Source: Candidatus Saccharimonadales bacterium
Lineage (GTDB): Bacteria; Patescibacteriota; Saccharimonadia; Saccharimonadales; DATKHC01
NCBI GenBank assembly: GCA_035510465.1
Contig: DATKHC010000021.1
Span: 2,876 to 66,875 of the forward strand
Length of the DNA stretch: 64,000 bases
Direction of reading: 5' to 3'
Part shown: positions 1 to 9,738 of the stretch, one piece after another
Position numbering within the stretch: the stretch's first letter is position 1
How the letters are laid out: each line of letters opens with the position of its first letter
The notes under the pieces: model-generated
Told to the model about the DNA's origin: nothing
What the model saw: the letters and a program-made list of their open reading frames with translations, nothing else
Databases searched by the model: none
Position numbers and translations under genes: made by a program

Positions 1-587
1 TACTCCGCCTGTTCTTCTGATAATGTATTGCCAACACAGGTGACTCCGTAATGTTTAGCTGCATAGTGAACGAAACTGCCCCAGCCACAACCTATGTCTA
101 AAACCCGCATGCCTCGCTTCAGTTTTAGCTTTTTACAGATCAAATCCAACTTGGCAGTTTGAGCCTCATCAAGCGTTTTTGCATTAGCCCAATAGGCACA
201 GCTATAAGTCATTGTGCTACCGAGCATCGTTTCATATAAATCATTCCCTAAATCGTAATGATGATGAACGTTTTTGAAGGATCTGGTAATTGATTGTGAG
301 TTAGCTAGTTTCGCGAGAGCCACGTTCTTGAGTATATGTACCTTGTTCATGCTGGTTAGGTCGGTGTGAAGGTTAAGTCTAAGAGCCCGCTTAAACAACT
401 CCTCGAGATCTGTGGCGTCCCACCATTTATCCATATAGGCTTCACCAACACCCAGGGAGCCGTGAGCCAGGGCCCGGCGGTATAGTTTCTCGTTATGGAC
501 CTGGATATCCCAATCATTTTTACCATTAATTTTTATCCCAGCTTTTTTTAGTAAACCCCGCACCTGTGTCTTATAGGTATCATTCAT
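1..587 (-). CDS. cfa: Cyclopropane-fatty-acyl-phospholipid synthase family SAM methyltransferase (N-terminal ~195 aa; gene runs off left edge)
   Basis: Own reverse translation from ATG at 587: MNDTYKTQVRGLL...WDIQVHNEKLYRRALAHGSLGVGEAYMDKWWD...VLDIGCGWGSFVHYAAKHYGV. This matches the Cfa N-terminal region and the SAM-binding VLDIGCGWG motif. Absent from the ORF track because it is truncated. Confidence 0.8.
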   Translation of the reverse strand, partial: MNDTYKTQVRGLLKKAGIKINGKNDWDIQVHNEKLYRRALAHGSLGVGEAYMDKWWDATDLEELFKRALRLNLHTDLTSMNKVHILKNVALAKLANSQSITRSFKNVHHHYDLGNDLYETMLGSTMTYSCAYWANAKTLDEAQTAKLDLICKKLKLKRGMRVLDIGCGWGSFVHYAAKHYGVTCVGNTLSEEQAE

Positions 588-704
588 ATTTGTATGTTAT
601 CACGCATTATCCCTATATCGAATCTAGAAGTGACTGGTAGAGTTTATGTTTTTTTAAAGACATCCTACTGATAATGATAAGCTAGTGCGGGTGGAATAAT
701 TCTT

Positions 705-1412
705 ATGTTCAGTAGATACCGAGGTAGTATTGGTTGTTTTTCGCCAGCAGCAATGATTGCTACATGCGTGATAGAGCTCTCTTTTCTTATATATATTTTG
801 TTGCGCTATAAATTTAACAAATTATCCAGGCTAGTCTCACTATTACTGCTACTGCTAGCATCATTCCAGCTTGCAGAATACCGGGTTTGCAGAGGCTCTT
901 CTGCTTTGGTTCAATGGTCACACATAGGATACGTGGCAATCACTCTCCTGCCTCCCCTTGGTATTCACATCATTAACACAATAGTGGGTAAGAAAAATAG
1001 CTTGCTTGTATATTTGGGTTACCTTAGTGCGGCGGCCTTTGTCTTATACTTCGCTTTATCGGCCAACTCATTAACAGGAAATGCTTGCCTAGGCAATTAT
1101 GTAATCTTTCAAGTAAATACCAGCCTAACATGGCTTTATGCGCTCTATTACTATGGCTGGGTAATTATAGGTATGCTAATGAGTCTAGTTTTTGCTAAGC
1201 GCTCGACCGAGAGGAAACAAAAAGAAGCGCTTTATGGATTTGCTTTGGGCTACGCCGCCTTTTTGATACCTACAACAACCGTTAATCTAATAGATAGAGC
1301 GACCTTAAACGGAATACCTTCGATAATGTGTGGTTTTGCAGTGCTTCTAGCACTTATTGTGACTGTCTGGGTTATGCCGAGAGTAAGTGTTTACCGTCAG
1401 AAGAAAGACTAG
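705..1412 (+). CDS. Polytopic membrane protein, unknown function
   Basis: 235-aa ORF with an ATG start and about 7 hydrophobic segments. No catalytic motif recognised. Confidence 0.55.
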   Translation: MFSRYRGSIGCFSPAAMIATCVIELSFLIYILLRYKFNKLSRLVSLLLLLLASFQLAEYRVCRGSSALVQWSHIGYVAITLLPPLGIHIINTIVGKKNSLLVYLGYLSAAAFVLYFALSANSLTGNACLGNYVIFQVNTSLTWLYALYYYGWVIIGMLMSLVFAKRSTERKQKEALYGFALGYAAFLIPTTTVNLIDRATLNGIPSIMCGFAVLLALIVTVWVMPRVSVYRQKKD

Positions 1413-1891
1413 CTTCTTGGAATTTGGGCATGCGGAGCATGGGAAATCCTGAAAAAAGGATGTTCTCCGCCGAATTCATCTGCTAATTGTGAGTTTTCGA
1501 GATTGACCAGGACTCCAACACAGTCCGCGCCAATCGCTTCTTCGATGTGCTGTCTTTCCCAGCCACGGCTACCAGTCAATTCGGCTGTCGGGGGTCTGCT
1601 AATGTCTACCACCGGTCTTATTGGTAAATCTGAGTCGGCAATTTCTTTAAAATCAACTACAGAATTAGGAATAGCGAGATAAAAGATATGTTCATGGTTA
1701 TTTAAATAGCGCGCTGTATCGGTTAAAGCTTGGGTTAACCCGTATACCCGAAGGCGAGCAAAAACATCTTTACCGCCGGGCAACGATTTGCTTTTGTAAT
1801 AGTCTTGCAAATCAAGAACCGCAAATCTATCAGCTGTTCGAAAAGCATGAGTTCGTGCGTTATATACTTCTAACCTGCTCACAATATGCAA
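1409..1891 (-). CDS. Hypothetical cytoplasmic protein
   Basis: 160-aa ORF with no TM segment or signal peptide and no motif I recognise. Confidence 0.45.
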   Translation of the reverse strand: MHIVSRLEVYNARTHAFRTADRFAVLDLQDYYKSKSLPGGKDVFARLRVYGLTQALTDTARYLNNHEHIFYLAIPNSVVDFKEIADSDLPIRPVVDISRPPTAELTGSRGWERQHIEEAIGADCVGVLVNLENSQLADEFGGEHPFFRISHAPHAQIPRS

Positions 1892-1898
1892 TACTCTA

Positions 1899-2597
1899 TC
1901 ATATTTTAGACTTCAGTAAAGAATTCTTACGGGAATGGGCTCTAAGATGTTTGAGGATATGGTTTTTTGACATATATATACCAAAAACTATCAACCAAAT
2001 AGTCTGCGGATAGGCTGTCAACCTTTCCATACCACCAATCCCCAGGCCAAGGTATCTGTGAGAAACAAAGAAAGCCAGTGCCACCAGTGAAAAAATTCCT
2101 GAAAACAAAGTGTAGTAGTTTAAGTTTTTAGAAACAAACAACTTGAGTCCTACTATAACCAATCCAATATTTCCAAATAAAAACGGCAGCGTGGCCCCAA
2201 TAATATGAAGTGTCGCGTCAGTATTCTCGGGGAATAAACCAACTATGATTGTGCCTACTCCAGCAATAGCCATCAAACTAAACCCTATCAATGTTCCTTC
2301 CCTTTCCCTGAATTCTTGATAAATAAGAAGTGAACCAAGGGCCATAAAGCTTCCAAGTATTATAAAAGACGCGTTCATCCAGCTATGAAGCGGCGAGCAG
2401 ACATAGTGTCCGGCGTAAATCCCACAAGATGTGTTACCGAGGTCACTGATTGTGTTTTGGAGCAAACTATACCCAGGGTGCCAAGCCCTAGCAACAAATA
2501 TTTGAGTAAGAAAGTACTGGACACTTAACATCCACATGATTGGGCCAATAAGCGGAAAACGATCCGTAAAAACCTTCACTGTTTTATACGCCTTCAT
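1899..2597 (-). CDS. DUF998-like integral membrane protein
   Basis: 232 aa with 6-7 TM helices. NTISDLGN resembles the ISxLG signature of DUF998. Confidence 0.6.
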   Translation of the reverse strand: MKAYKTVKVFTDRFPLIGPIMWMLSVQYFLTQIFVARAWHPGYSLLQNTISDLGNTSCGIYAGHYVCSPLHSWMNASFIILGSFMALGSLLIYQEFREREGTLIGFSLMAIAGVGTIIVGLFPENTDATLHIIGATLPFLFGNIGLVIVGLKLFVSKNLNYYTLFSGIFSLVALAFFVSHRYLGLGIGGMERLTAYPQTIWLIVFGIYMSKNHILKHLRAHSRKNSLLKSKI

Positions 2598-2686
2598 GAG
2601 CCCAGATTAGCATGACTACTTTTCGTGCACTAGGTTGATTGTGCTAGAAATAAGTAAAAAAGTCGGATTTTGATACTATAAGGTCT

Positions 2687-3163
2687 ATGAAAATAGACGA
2701 ATTGATTAATAACTACGTTAAAAATCAGTATATGATGCAGCTTGCAACATCCAGTAATGGTCAACCTTGGTGCTGCACCGTCTATTACGTTGCTGATAAC
2801 GAACTGAATCTATATTGGTTAAGTTTGCCTACTAGGAGGCACAGTAGGGAAATAGACGATAACAATAGGGTAGCTGTAGCTATCCCTGTTAAATTTGTTT
2901 TGGGAGAAAAAGTTGTTGGTGTACAAGCCGAAGGCAGCGCCGAGCATGTTCCTTCAAGCGAGAAGTCCAGAGACATTGCTAAGCTATACGCCAAAAAGTT
3001 TAATCGTGGCGATCAATGGGTCGATGATTATTGCTCCGGCAAGACAGATCACAAGTTATATAAATTTACACCTGAGAAATTTGTAATTTTTGATGATATA
3101 AATTACCCAAATCAACCACGACAGGAACACATAAGAAAAGGTAAAAATAGCCTAATCGATTAA
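2687..3163 (+). CDS. Pyridoxamine 5'-phosphate oxidase-like FMN-binding protein
   Basis: 158 aa. The N-terminal MQLATSSNGQPWCCTVYYVADNELNLYWLSLPTRRHSREI pattern is typical of the PNPOx-like split-barrel family. Confidence 0.7.
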   Translation: MKIDELINNYVKNQYMMQLATSSNGQPWCCTVYYVADNELNLYWLSLPTRRHSREIDDNNRVAVAIPVKFVLGEKVVGVQAEGSAEHVPSSEKSRDIAKLYAKKFNRGDQWVDDYCSGKTDHKLYKFTPEKFVIFDDINYPNQPRQEHIRKGKNSLID

Positions 3164-3203
3164 CTATTTTGTTTAAACTATCCTCTTAGAAAAATCTATA
3201 AGT

Positions 3204-3677
3204 ATGGAAGCAGCACCAGATGAAGCCGAAGAAGACAGCCAACCAAGGACGGTTTGTGCTGTCACCTTTTCTTTCGAAGACATCAGGGTTTTGGATCTTC
3301 AGCAATACTGTATGACTAGAAACCTTTCACACACAATTATTGGTAGACCGCCTAGGCTTATCGAAGGCTTGGGGCCACGTCTCGATCACAGACACGAAGG
3401 CGATAAAACATTCACTGAAATTGGATTACTTTGGGTAGGGCCACCCCATATTCTCACTGGCGAGTTCGTACTCGAGCAAGCAACCGTCAGGGTCCTTGGA
3501 TGGCTTAGAGATAATGGACTACCCGATATAAGCTTTGCTACTGCCGAGATAAAAACTGGCATCCTTGGAGTTGATTGTCCTACCGATATGGAACGCAGGG
3601 ATATGACCATCGAGGCGCACGTTATTGAATCTCGTCTGCTGGCACTGGATCAAATTCAGCCCTCGGACTTTATATAA
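3204..3677 (+). CDS. Hypothetical acidic cytoplasmic protein
   Basis: 157-aa ORF, somewhat GC-richer than its flanks. No recognisable domain. Confidence 0.45.
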   Translation: MEAAPDEAEEDSQPRTVCAVTFSFEDIRVLDLQQYCMTRNLSHTIIGRPPRLIEGLGPRLDHRHEGDKTFTEIGLLWVGPPHILTGEFVLEQATVRVLGWLRDNGLPDISFATAEIKTGILGVDCPTDMERRDMTIEAHVIESRLLALDQIQPSDFI

Positions 3678-3789
3678 ACGAGTGTAATAGCAAAAGCGCT
3701 TGATGTGCCGTAGAGACTTGTTTGTTAGGCCGTCTTCGATTAATATTTAGTTTAACAAAATAAACTTAACTGTTAAACAAAAAATTAAA

Positions 3790-5031
3790 ATGAAATATAG
3801 AAAATTGGATGAAAAAGGCTGGGCTCACTGGATCCTACCGGTTATAGTTATCGGACTCTTAACAGCTACAGCCATCCACGTGATCTACAATAGTCATGCC
3901 GCTACTCCCGAGTATATTGCTGTAAACGATCTAGATATTGGTAGGGCAGACTTTCAGACTAACCCCGCAGCTAATCAGCCGTCCACAGCCGTACCGCAAG
4001 TCGCAGAGTCCGCCCAGCAAGCAACTGGAGGGATTCTACCTCCCGACAACCCGTCCGAGAGTTTACCGCCTAATCCGAATTTTAATGGTGATGGAGATTG
4101 TCCTTACTATATCTACAGCAACACTTCGACATGTAACAACAACGTCTTGAGTGCCACCGACAATACCCTAAATGTTCTGGAATCACTACCTCCACTATCT
4201 TTTAATTTAAACGCCTTCCAAAGTCTGACCCCGGAAGAACAAATATTTGTAACTATCAATATAGAGAGGGTGGACAGAGGGTTAACGCCAATAACAGCCC
4301 TAACAACTCAACTTAACGGCGTCGCTCAAACAGGAGCTAGTGATAACACAGACCCAATACTTAGTAGCAACCTAACTGGTAACGTACAAGTTGTGGCTTG
4401 GGCTTCAATTTTTGCCGGAGGGACCAATAACCCACTAGGTTCAGACTATTACTGGATGTACGACGACGGCCCGGGAGGCATTAATGGTGATTGTACCTAC
4501 GCCGGAGAAGCCGGTTGCTGGGGTCACCGCGATGTCATACTTGGAAGTTCCCTATATAGTCAGAATTGCACGAATAACCCAAGTACATATATGGGGACAG
4601 GCTATACGTCTGGCTCTGCTTCTTCGTCAATACTTTCGACGTATGCAGCAATACTTGTTGGGGCATGTGGCGGCACACCCTCCGACGTTGTCTTTACTTG
4701 GCAGCAAGCCCTACAACTCTTAAACGGCACAATAACCCCGCCAGGGGCACCGCAACAAGTTACGGCTACACCCGACAAAAAATCTGTCATTACACTTAAT
4801 TGGCATGCACCAAATAGCGATGGAGGAGCGTCAGTCACTTCCTATAAAATTTATCGTGGCACTAAGCCAGGCAAAGAAAAACTTATCAAGACCGTTAACT
4901 GTACCTTAGCATCGTGTTCATTCAAAAACAGCACGGACCACAAAGATACCACTTACTACTACGTTATAGCAGCAGTTAATTCGGCTGGTGCGGGCCCTAT
5001 TTCGGCTGAAGTTTCGGTAACCTCTTCCTGA
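3790..5031 (+). CDS. Membrane-anchored/secreted protein with a CAP/YkwD-like middle region and a C-terminal fibronectin type III domain
   Basis: N-terminal TM (WAHWILPVIVIGLLTATAIHVIY). The C-terminus PGAPQQVTATPDKKSVITLNWHAPNSDGGASVTSYKIYRG...YYYVIAAVNSAGAGPIS is a typical FN3 pattern. CWGHRDVILG resembles CAP/SCP. Confidence 0.7.
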   Translation: MKYRKLDEKGWAHWILPVIVIGLLTATAIHVIYNSHAATPEYIAVNDLDIGRADFQTNPAANQPSTAVPQVAESAQQATGGILPPDNPSESLPPNPNFNGDGDCPYYIYSNTSTCNNNVLSATDNTLNVLESLPPLSFNLNAFQSLTPEEQIFVTINIERVDRGLTPITALTTQLNGVAQTGASDNTDPILSSNLTGNVQVVAWASIFAGGTNNPLGSDYYWMYDDGPGGINGDCTYAGEAGCWGHRDVILGSSLYSQNCTNNPSTYMGTGYTSGSASSSILSTYAAILVGACGGTPSDVVFTWQQALQLLNGTITPPGAPQQVTATPDKKSVITLNWHAPNSDGGASVTSYKIYRGTKPGKEKLIKTVNCTLASCSFKNSTDHKDTTYYYVIAAVNSAGAGPISAEVSVTSS

Positions 5032-5100
5032 AATCAGACAGACCAAGTAATTTACGAGCACGCACTGAACTTGCTTCTTTTGGGTTTCGTATCATAGTAT

Positions 5101-6099
5101 ATGTTTATGTCAGATCATGAGACAGGTTCAGGTCAGACGCCACCAGAGCGCTTAGCTCAATTAATCGATGGCGTAACACTCCGCCCCGGCATGAGTGCCG
5201 TAGACTACGCGAGGGTCGTAACATCTCATCAAGATAATTGGGTAGATTGGCAGGGCCTTGAGAACGGCCCAGGCGCCTTTACCGATGCTGTTAATCAAAG
5301 TTTTTCTATACTTTTTGCCAACCAACCCCCGGAAGATATTAAAGCGGCTAAGGCCGCTATTCTCGACTATTCTGAGAGAATTAGCGACCGATCACGTGGA
5401 GATTTTCACCAAGGGAGGTTTTTTTCATGGATAGTCCGACTTAAAGGATTAACCAAGAACTCAGCTGGCGCTTCGCAAGGCTTAAGAGTTTATGATGAAG
5501 AGGCTCCACAAGAAGAAACATTCTGGGCAGATATTTACTCTTATTGCGTGAATAAACCTCATCCCATGGAGGCTCTTGGTACATATGTGCTTGGTCCTGA
5601 GATTGAACAAAAAAACCCCACCCTGCTCGCTTCGGTGCTTGAACGACTTGAGATAGAGCTACCTTCTTCAGTCTTTGGTGATAAGGCACTATCGGTGAAA
5701 ACACCCGAAACGCTTGTTCGCTTAGCTTATGACTGTTTCAACAGACTCGTTGTAGAAGCAAGCGATGCTGGCTGGAGAAATGCAGCTATCGTTCAAGCTC
5801 TAAGAGGAAAGTTAGCTGCACAGAATCATCAGTTCCAGTATATGATTAACAAACTCGGAAATCAGGTGACAACCCTTATAAATCGTTTTGCTGTTGAAGA
5901 AGATGGAAGACAACTAGAGTTTTTCGACCTAACTGATCGATATACCACAACTGCCGCAATTGATCGTTGTATGTACTTAATATTCGACCTTGGCAGCACC
6001 CCTGAAGGCCATGATCCTCTTAATTTCCGACTGACCGCCCAAATCATTGTCAGTCTAATAGATGAATCTAACAGACTCTTAGACGAAGCGCAGATGTAA
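5101..6099 (+). CDS. Hypothetical protein
   Basis: 332-aa ORF, soluble, no motif recognised. Confidence 0.5.
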   Translation: MFMSDHETGSGQTPPERLAQLIDGVTLRPGMSAVDYARVVTSHQDNWVDWQGLENGPGAFTDAVNQSFSILFANQPPEDIKAAKAAILDYSERISDRSRGDFHQGRFFSWIVRLKGLTKNSAGASQGLRVYDEEAPQEETFWADIYSYCVNKPHPMEALGTYVLGPEIEQKNPTLLASVLERLEIELPSSVFGDKALSVKTPETLVRLAYDCFNRLVVEASDAGWRNAAIVQALRGKLAAQNHQFQYMINKLGNQVTTLINRFAVEEDGRQLEFFDLTDRYTTTAAIDRCMYLIFDLGSTPEGHDPLNFRLTAQIIVSLIDESNRLLDEAQM

Positions 6100-6122
6100 A
6101 CTTTCCGGTGATAGATTGGTGT

Positions 6123-6563
6123 CTATAGTTTTCTAGCATTATTGTTAGCGACAGAGTTTGTTATTGCTGAACCCCAAGCAGTATTACCGAGTATCCTTCT
6201 CAGCCTACCAACAAGTTTGGCGTCAATAGGTCTAGCTCCTTCGCTTACGACAGTAACGGCGTTGGGTGTTATCTCAAACGACGTCATAGCATGACCTGCG
6301 CCGCCAGCATAGCATTGCAGCACCACTAGCGTTCCGCTAACCCTTTGCCAGATCTCCGCTCGCCTTCTGTATTCATCAGCGAATAAACCCTCTCCCCTTT
6401 TTACCAGTCCTGCTATAAGAACTGCTGTTTCCTGTCTAGGATCTGAATCCTCAGGCAGCACTCTACAAATGTCCGCTTTTTCAGCAAGGATTGTTGTGAT
6501 GTCGTCTCTGAGCCCTTTTTCTTGAGAAGGGTCAGTATCAACTAATCCATCTTCTGTCGCCAT
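6123..6563 (-). CDS. Hypothetical protein
   Basis: 146-aa ORF, acidic N-terminus, no motif recognised. Confidence 0.45.
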   Translation of the reverse strand: MATEDGLVDTDPSQEKGLRDDITTILAEKADICRVLPEDSDPRQETAVLIAGLVKRGEGLFADEYRRRAEIWQRVSGTLVVLQCYAGGAGHAMTSFEITPNAVTVVSEGARPIDAKLVGRLRRILGNTAWGSAITNSVANNNARKL

Positions 6564-6665
6564 AACTCAATTATAGGATAAAGGTATTGGACAGAGTAGT
6601 GTTTGGCCCCTAATTGCAAGGTTTATAACTTGCAAAAATTAGGATATAATTTCCTAAATAACATT

Positions 6666-7052
6666 ATGACAGAGCAATTTGCTAATCAAGCCCCGATGGC
6701 AGACGGTGGGACCTCTCCCAATCAACCGAGTGATTCTGCGGAGAATAGCTCTTCGTCTAATCCTTCGCCTAAGGGTGTAGGTTGGAGAGAACTAAGAATA
6801 CAGATAGTTGGAGGTAGCTTTGCTGAAGGTGGCTGGAGAAGCGATGCTGCTTGCCGTGATATAGATCCTGAAGTTTTTTTCCAAAAAGATGACATTGCTA
6901 TTGAATCTGCCAAAAGAATATGCGGACAATGTGCGGTTCAAATGGAATGTCTAGACTTCGCTATAGCCAACAGAGAAGAGCACGGAATCTGGGGAGGCAC
7001 AAGTGAAAAAGAAAGAAGACAAATTTGGAAAAGACTAAGAACCCGCTGTTAA
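6666..7052 (+). CDS. WhiB-like (Wbl) Fe-S transcription factor
   Basis: Four Cys in the AAC...C-x2-C-x5-C arrangement (CRDID...RICGQCAVQMEC), the GIWGG turn and a basic tail KERRQIWKRLRTR. I prefer the ATG at 6666 over the track's TTG at 6603. A TATAAT lies 18 nt upstream. Confidence 0.8.
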   Translation: MTEQFANQAPMADGGTSPNQPSDSAENSSSSNPSPKGVGWRELRIQIVGGSFAEGGWRSDAACRDIDPEVFFQKDDIAIESAKRICGQCAVQMECLDFAIANREEHGIWGGTSEKERRQIWKRLRTRC

Positions 7053-7124
7053 AAACAAGTTTAGGGCTTAGAACTACATAAATTTGTAAGGACTACTCAA
7101 AAACCGATATAGTAGGTAGACCAA

Positions 7125-9383
7125 ATGTTCAAAAAAATTGCAGAATTTTCAGTAAGGTTTAGGTGGATAATCATCGTTGTTTGGGTTATTGGCATTCCTG
7201 TTGCTGTCAAAGTCTTACCCTCTTTGAGCAGTGTTACTACGTCAAACAATTCCGCTTTTTTACCAGCTTCAAGTCCAAGTGAAAACGCTTCTAAACTCAC
7301 AACGCCATTTCAGGGTAATAATACCTCTGTAACATCCATAATTGTTGCTTCAAATTCTTCCGGACCCTTGACTTCCCAAGACAATCTAGCTATTTCTCGG
7401 TTAGAAGCCAAAGTTAAAGTGCTACCCAATGTTAGTCTAGTGAAAGAGGAAGCAACGTCAAAAGACGGTGAAGTACAGGAGATTTTGGTCGGCTCATCCA
7501 GTTCCGGTTTTGGCGCTGGTAGTCAAAACATGGTTAGTGGGATTCGGAACCTGTTCCCCTCAGCCCAAGCCCCAGCCGATCTGAGCTTTCATTTAACCGG
7601 ATCTTTGGCCGAAGACGTAGATTCGAATAACACGAACAACTCCACCAGAAATAATACGCAAATTTTCATACTCTTATTCATTGTCATCTTGCTATTTTTG
7701 GTTTACAAGTCAGTGCTTGCACCTCTAATAACCCTGATACCTGCCGGTTTATCCCTTGTTCTGGCCAGCCCTATCATCGCAGAATCAACTAAAATTGGTG
7801 TTCAAGTCTCACCAATAACTCAACTACTGCTGATAGTTTTATTGCTTGGTGCGGGAACGGATTATGGAATATTCCTGGTCTTTAGAGTACGAGAAGAATT
7901 AAGGAAAGGTTATGAGCCCAAAGAAGCTGTTGTCCAAGCCTTATCTCGGGTTGGTAAAGTTATAACCTTCTCAGCTTTGACGGTTTCGGCAGCTCTACTT
8001 AGTTTGCTGCTGGCCTCTTTTGGCTTTTACAAGGGCCTTGGACCGGCGCTAGCTATTGGCATTGGAGTCCTGCTCCTAGCTGGCCTTACTCTACTACCAG
8101 CCCTTCTTACGGTTTTTGGCAGAGCGGCTTTCTGGCCAGTAAAGAATCGACCAGTTAAGCAACAGAAGGTAGGGCTCTGGGGACGAGTAGCTGAGAGAGT
8201 AATCACACATCCGGTAATAACATTATTTGTAGGTATCTTAATACTAGGCTCTTTGATGTTTGGCCTGATTGGTTATAAGACAGGCGGTTTTAACAATAGC
8301 GGACCACCAGCAAAAAGTGACTCTGCTATCGGTTCCCAAATAATTGCTGAGCATTTCCCGGCTGCAAACAATAACCCCTCAGAATTGGTCTTAAAGTTTG
8401 CCCAGCCTGTTTGGAATAATTTTAGTGAAGTCGCAAGCGCACAACAAAAGCTATCCTCATCACCAGTTTTTGAATCCATTGAGGGGCCCGTAGACGTTGG
8501 GGGAGCAAAATTGAGCGCAACAGAGATTCCTGGTCTGTACAAAGAGCTTGGCCCACCAGGCTTGTTGCCCCCCATACAACCCGCTACTCTATCCGTCTCA
8601 CCCGCTCTGTACCAAGCCTACCGTTCCACAGCCCAATTTATTAGCCCTGACGGGAAAACTGTACTGTTCTACGCCCTGTTAACTGCTGGTCCATCAGGCT
8701 CTACGGCTGCTGCCTCAGCCACCCCATCTGTTCGAAATGAACTTAGTAGTGTAGCTAGTAGCGTAAGATCAGAAGACAACGGCGTAGTTAGCCAAGATAC
8801 CTTCATCTATGATATTAGCCACATATCAGCAGACGATTTGTATAAAATAGTCCCGGTTGTACTAATAATTATTGCCATCATCCTAGCAATATTGCTTAAA
8901 AGTTTGGTTGCGCCTTGGTACCTCATATTAACCGTTGGGTTCTCATATTTAGCGACCCTTGGCTTCGCGAACCTAGTTTTCGTACATCTAACTAAGAATA
9001 GTACTGGACTAAGCTTTATACTTCCCTTCCTACTATTCATTTTCTGCATGGCCTTAGGTGAAGACTACAATATACTTGTCATGAGCCGAATCCGGGAAGA
9101 AGCTCACGGTAAAGTTCATCTTCGAGATGCCATAACTAAAGCTATAGGCGTGACGGGCACGACAGTTACATCTGCTGGATTAATCCTGGCTGGTACCTTT
9201 GGCGTTTTAGGAATTGTTGGAGGTGGTGGCGCTGGCGGTTCGGAAGTACAGCAAATTGGCTTTTCGATAGCTTTTGGGATATTGCTTGATACTTTCTTTG
9301 TCCGTACTTTGTTTGTGCCTTCTATAGCAGTTCTACTCGGAAAGTGGAACTGGTGGCCGTCTGGTTTAGCGAAAAAAACTTAA
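7125..9383 (+). CDS. MMPL-family (RND superfamily) membrane transporter
   Basis: 752 aa with two 6-TM bundles, each followed by an MMPL signature (GTDYGIFLVFRVREEL and LGEDYNILVMSRIREE). Confidence 0.85.
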   Translation: MFKKIAEFSVRFRWIIIVVWVIGIPVAVKVLPSLSSVTTSNNSAFLPASSPSENASKLTTPFQGNNTSVTSIIVASNSSGPLTSQDNLAISRLEAKVKVLPNVSLVKEEATSKDGEVQEILVGSSSSGFGAGSQNMVSGIRNLFPSAQAPADLSFHLTGSLAEDVDSNNTNNSTRNNTQIFILLFIVILLFLVYKSVLAPLITLIPAGLSLVLASPIIAESTKIGVQVSPITQLLLIVLLLGAGTDYGIFLVFRVREELRKGYEPKEAVVQALSRVGKVITFSALTVSAALLSLLLASFGFYKGLGPALAIGIGVLLLAGLTLLPALLTVFGRAAFWPVKNRPVKQQKVGLWGRVAERVITHPVITLFVGILILGSLMFGLIGYKTGGFNNSGPPAKSDSAIGSQIIAEHFPAANNNPSELVLKFAQPVWNNFSEVASAQQKLSSSPVFESIEGPVDVGGAKLSATEIPGLYKELGPPGLLPPIQPATLSVSPALYQAYRSTAQFISPDGKTVLFYALLTAGPSGSTAAASATPSVRNELSSVASSVRSEDNGVVSQDTFIYDISHISADDLYKIVPVVLIIIAIILAILLKSLVAPWYLILTVGFSYLATLGFANLVFVHLTKNSTGLSFILPFLLFIFCMALGEDYNILVMSRIREEAHGKVHLRDAITKAIGVTGTTVTSAGLILAGTFGVLGIVGGGGAGGSEVQQIGFSIAFGILLDTFFVRTLFVPSIAVLLGKWNWWPSGLAKKT

Positions 9384-9408
9384 GGTTTGTAACTAAGAAG
9401 GGGGACAT

Positions 9409-9708
9409 ATGAAAGTAGTTTGGAACGATATAGTTATCGCAGAAGCAGATAAAGACCAACTTATATACATCGAAGGAAATTGGTACTTCCCTCCTGACTC
9501 AGTTAAAAGTGAGTTTTTGGAAAAAAGCGATACACCCTACACCTGTCCATGGAAGGGCGTCTGTCAATATTTCAACCTGGTTAGTGGTGATATGAAAAGT
9601 GAGGATAACGCTTGGAGTTACCCTCACCCCAAGCCAAGCGCAATTGATACAGTCAAAAAAGACTTCTCAAATTACGTTGCTTTCTGGCGTGACGCTAAGG
9701 TTGCTTAA
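9409..9708 (+). CDS. DUF427 domain protein
   Basis: 99 aa with the YFPPDSV...CPWKGVCQYFNL...NAWSYPHP pattern typical of DUF427. SD-like AAGGGGG upstream. Confidence 0.7.
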   Translation: MKVVWNDIVIAEADKDQLIYIEGNWYFPPDSVKSEFLEKSDTPYTCPWKGVCQYFNLVSGDMKSEDNAWSYPHPKPSAIDTVKKDFSNYVAFWRDAKVA

Positions 9709-9738
9709 AAATAAACGATAAGCCTATAATGGTTAAGC

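Noticed and set aside
1409-3677. Possible paralogy between 1409..1891 and 3204..3677, based on FAVLDLQDYYKSKSL versus IRVLDLQQYCMTRNL.
   Set aside because: The match is only a 13-residue local stretch (8/13). The rest of the proteins do not align by eye, so this is insufficient without a statistical alignment.
6603-6665. Track start (TTG at 6603) for the WhiB-like gene.
   Set aside because: The extra 21 residues are non-conserved-looking, and a TATAAT box lies within them, 18 nt before the ATG at 6666. I prefer the shorter ORF.
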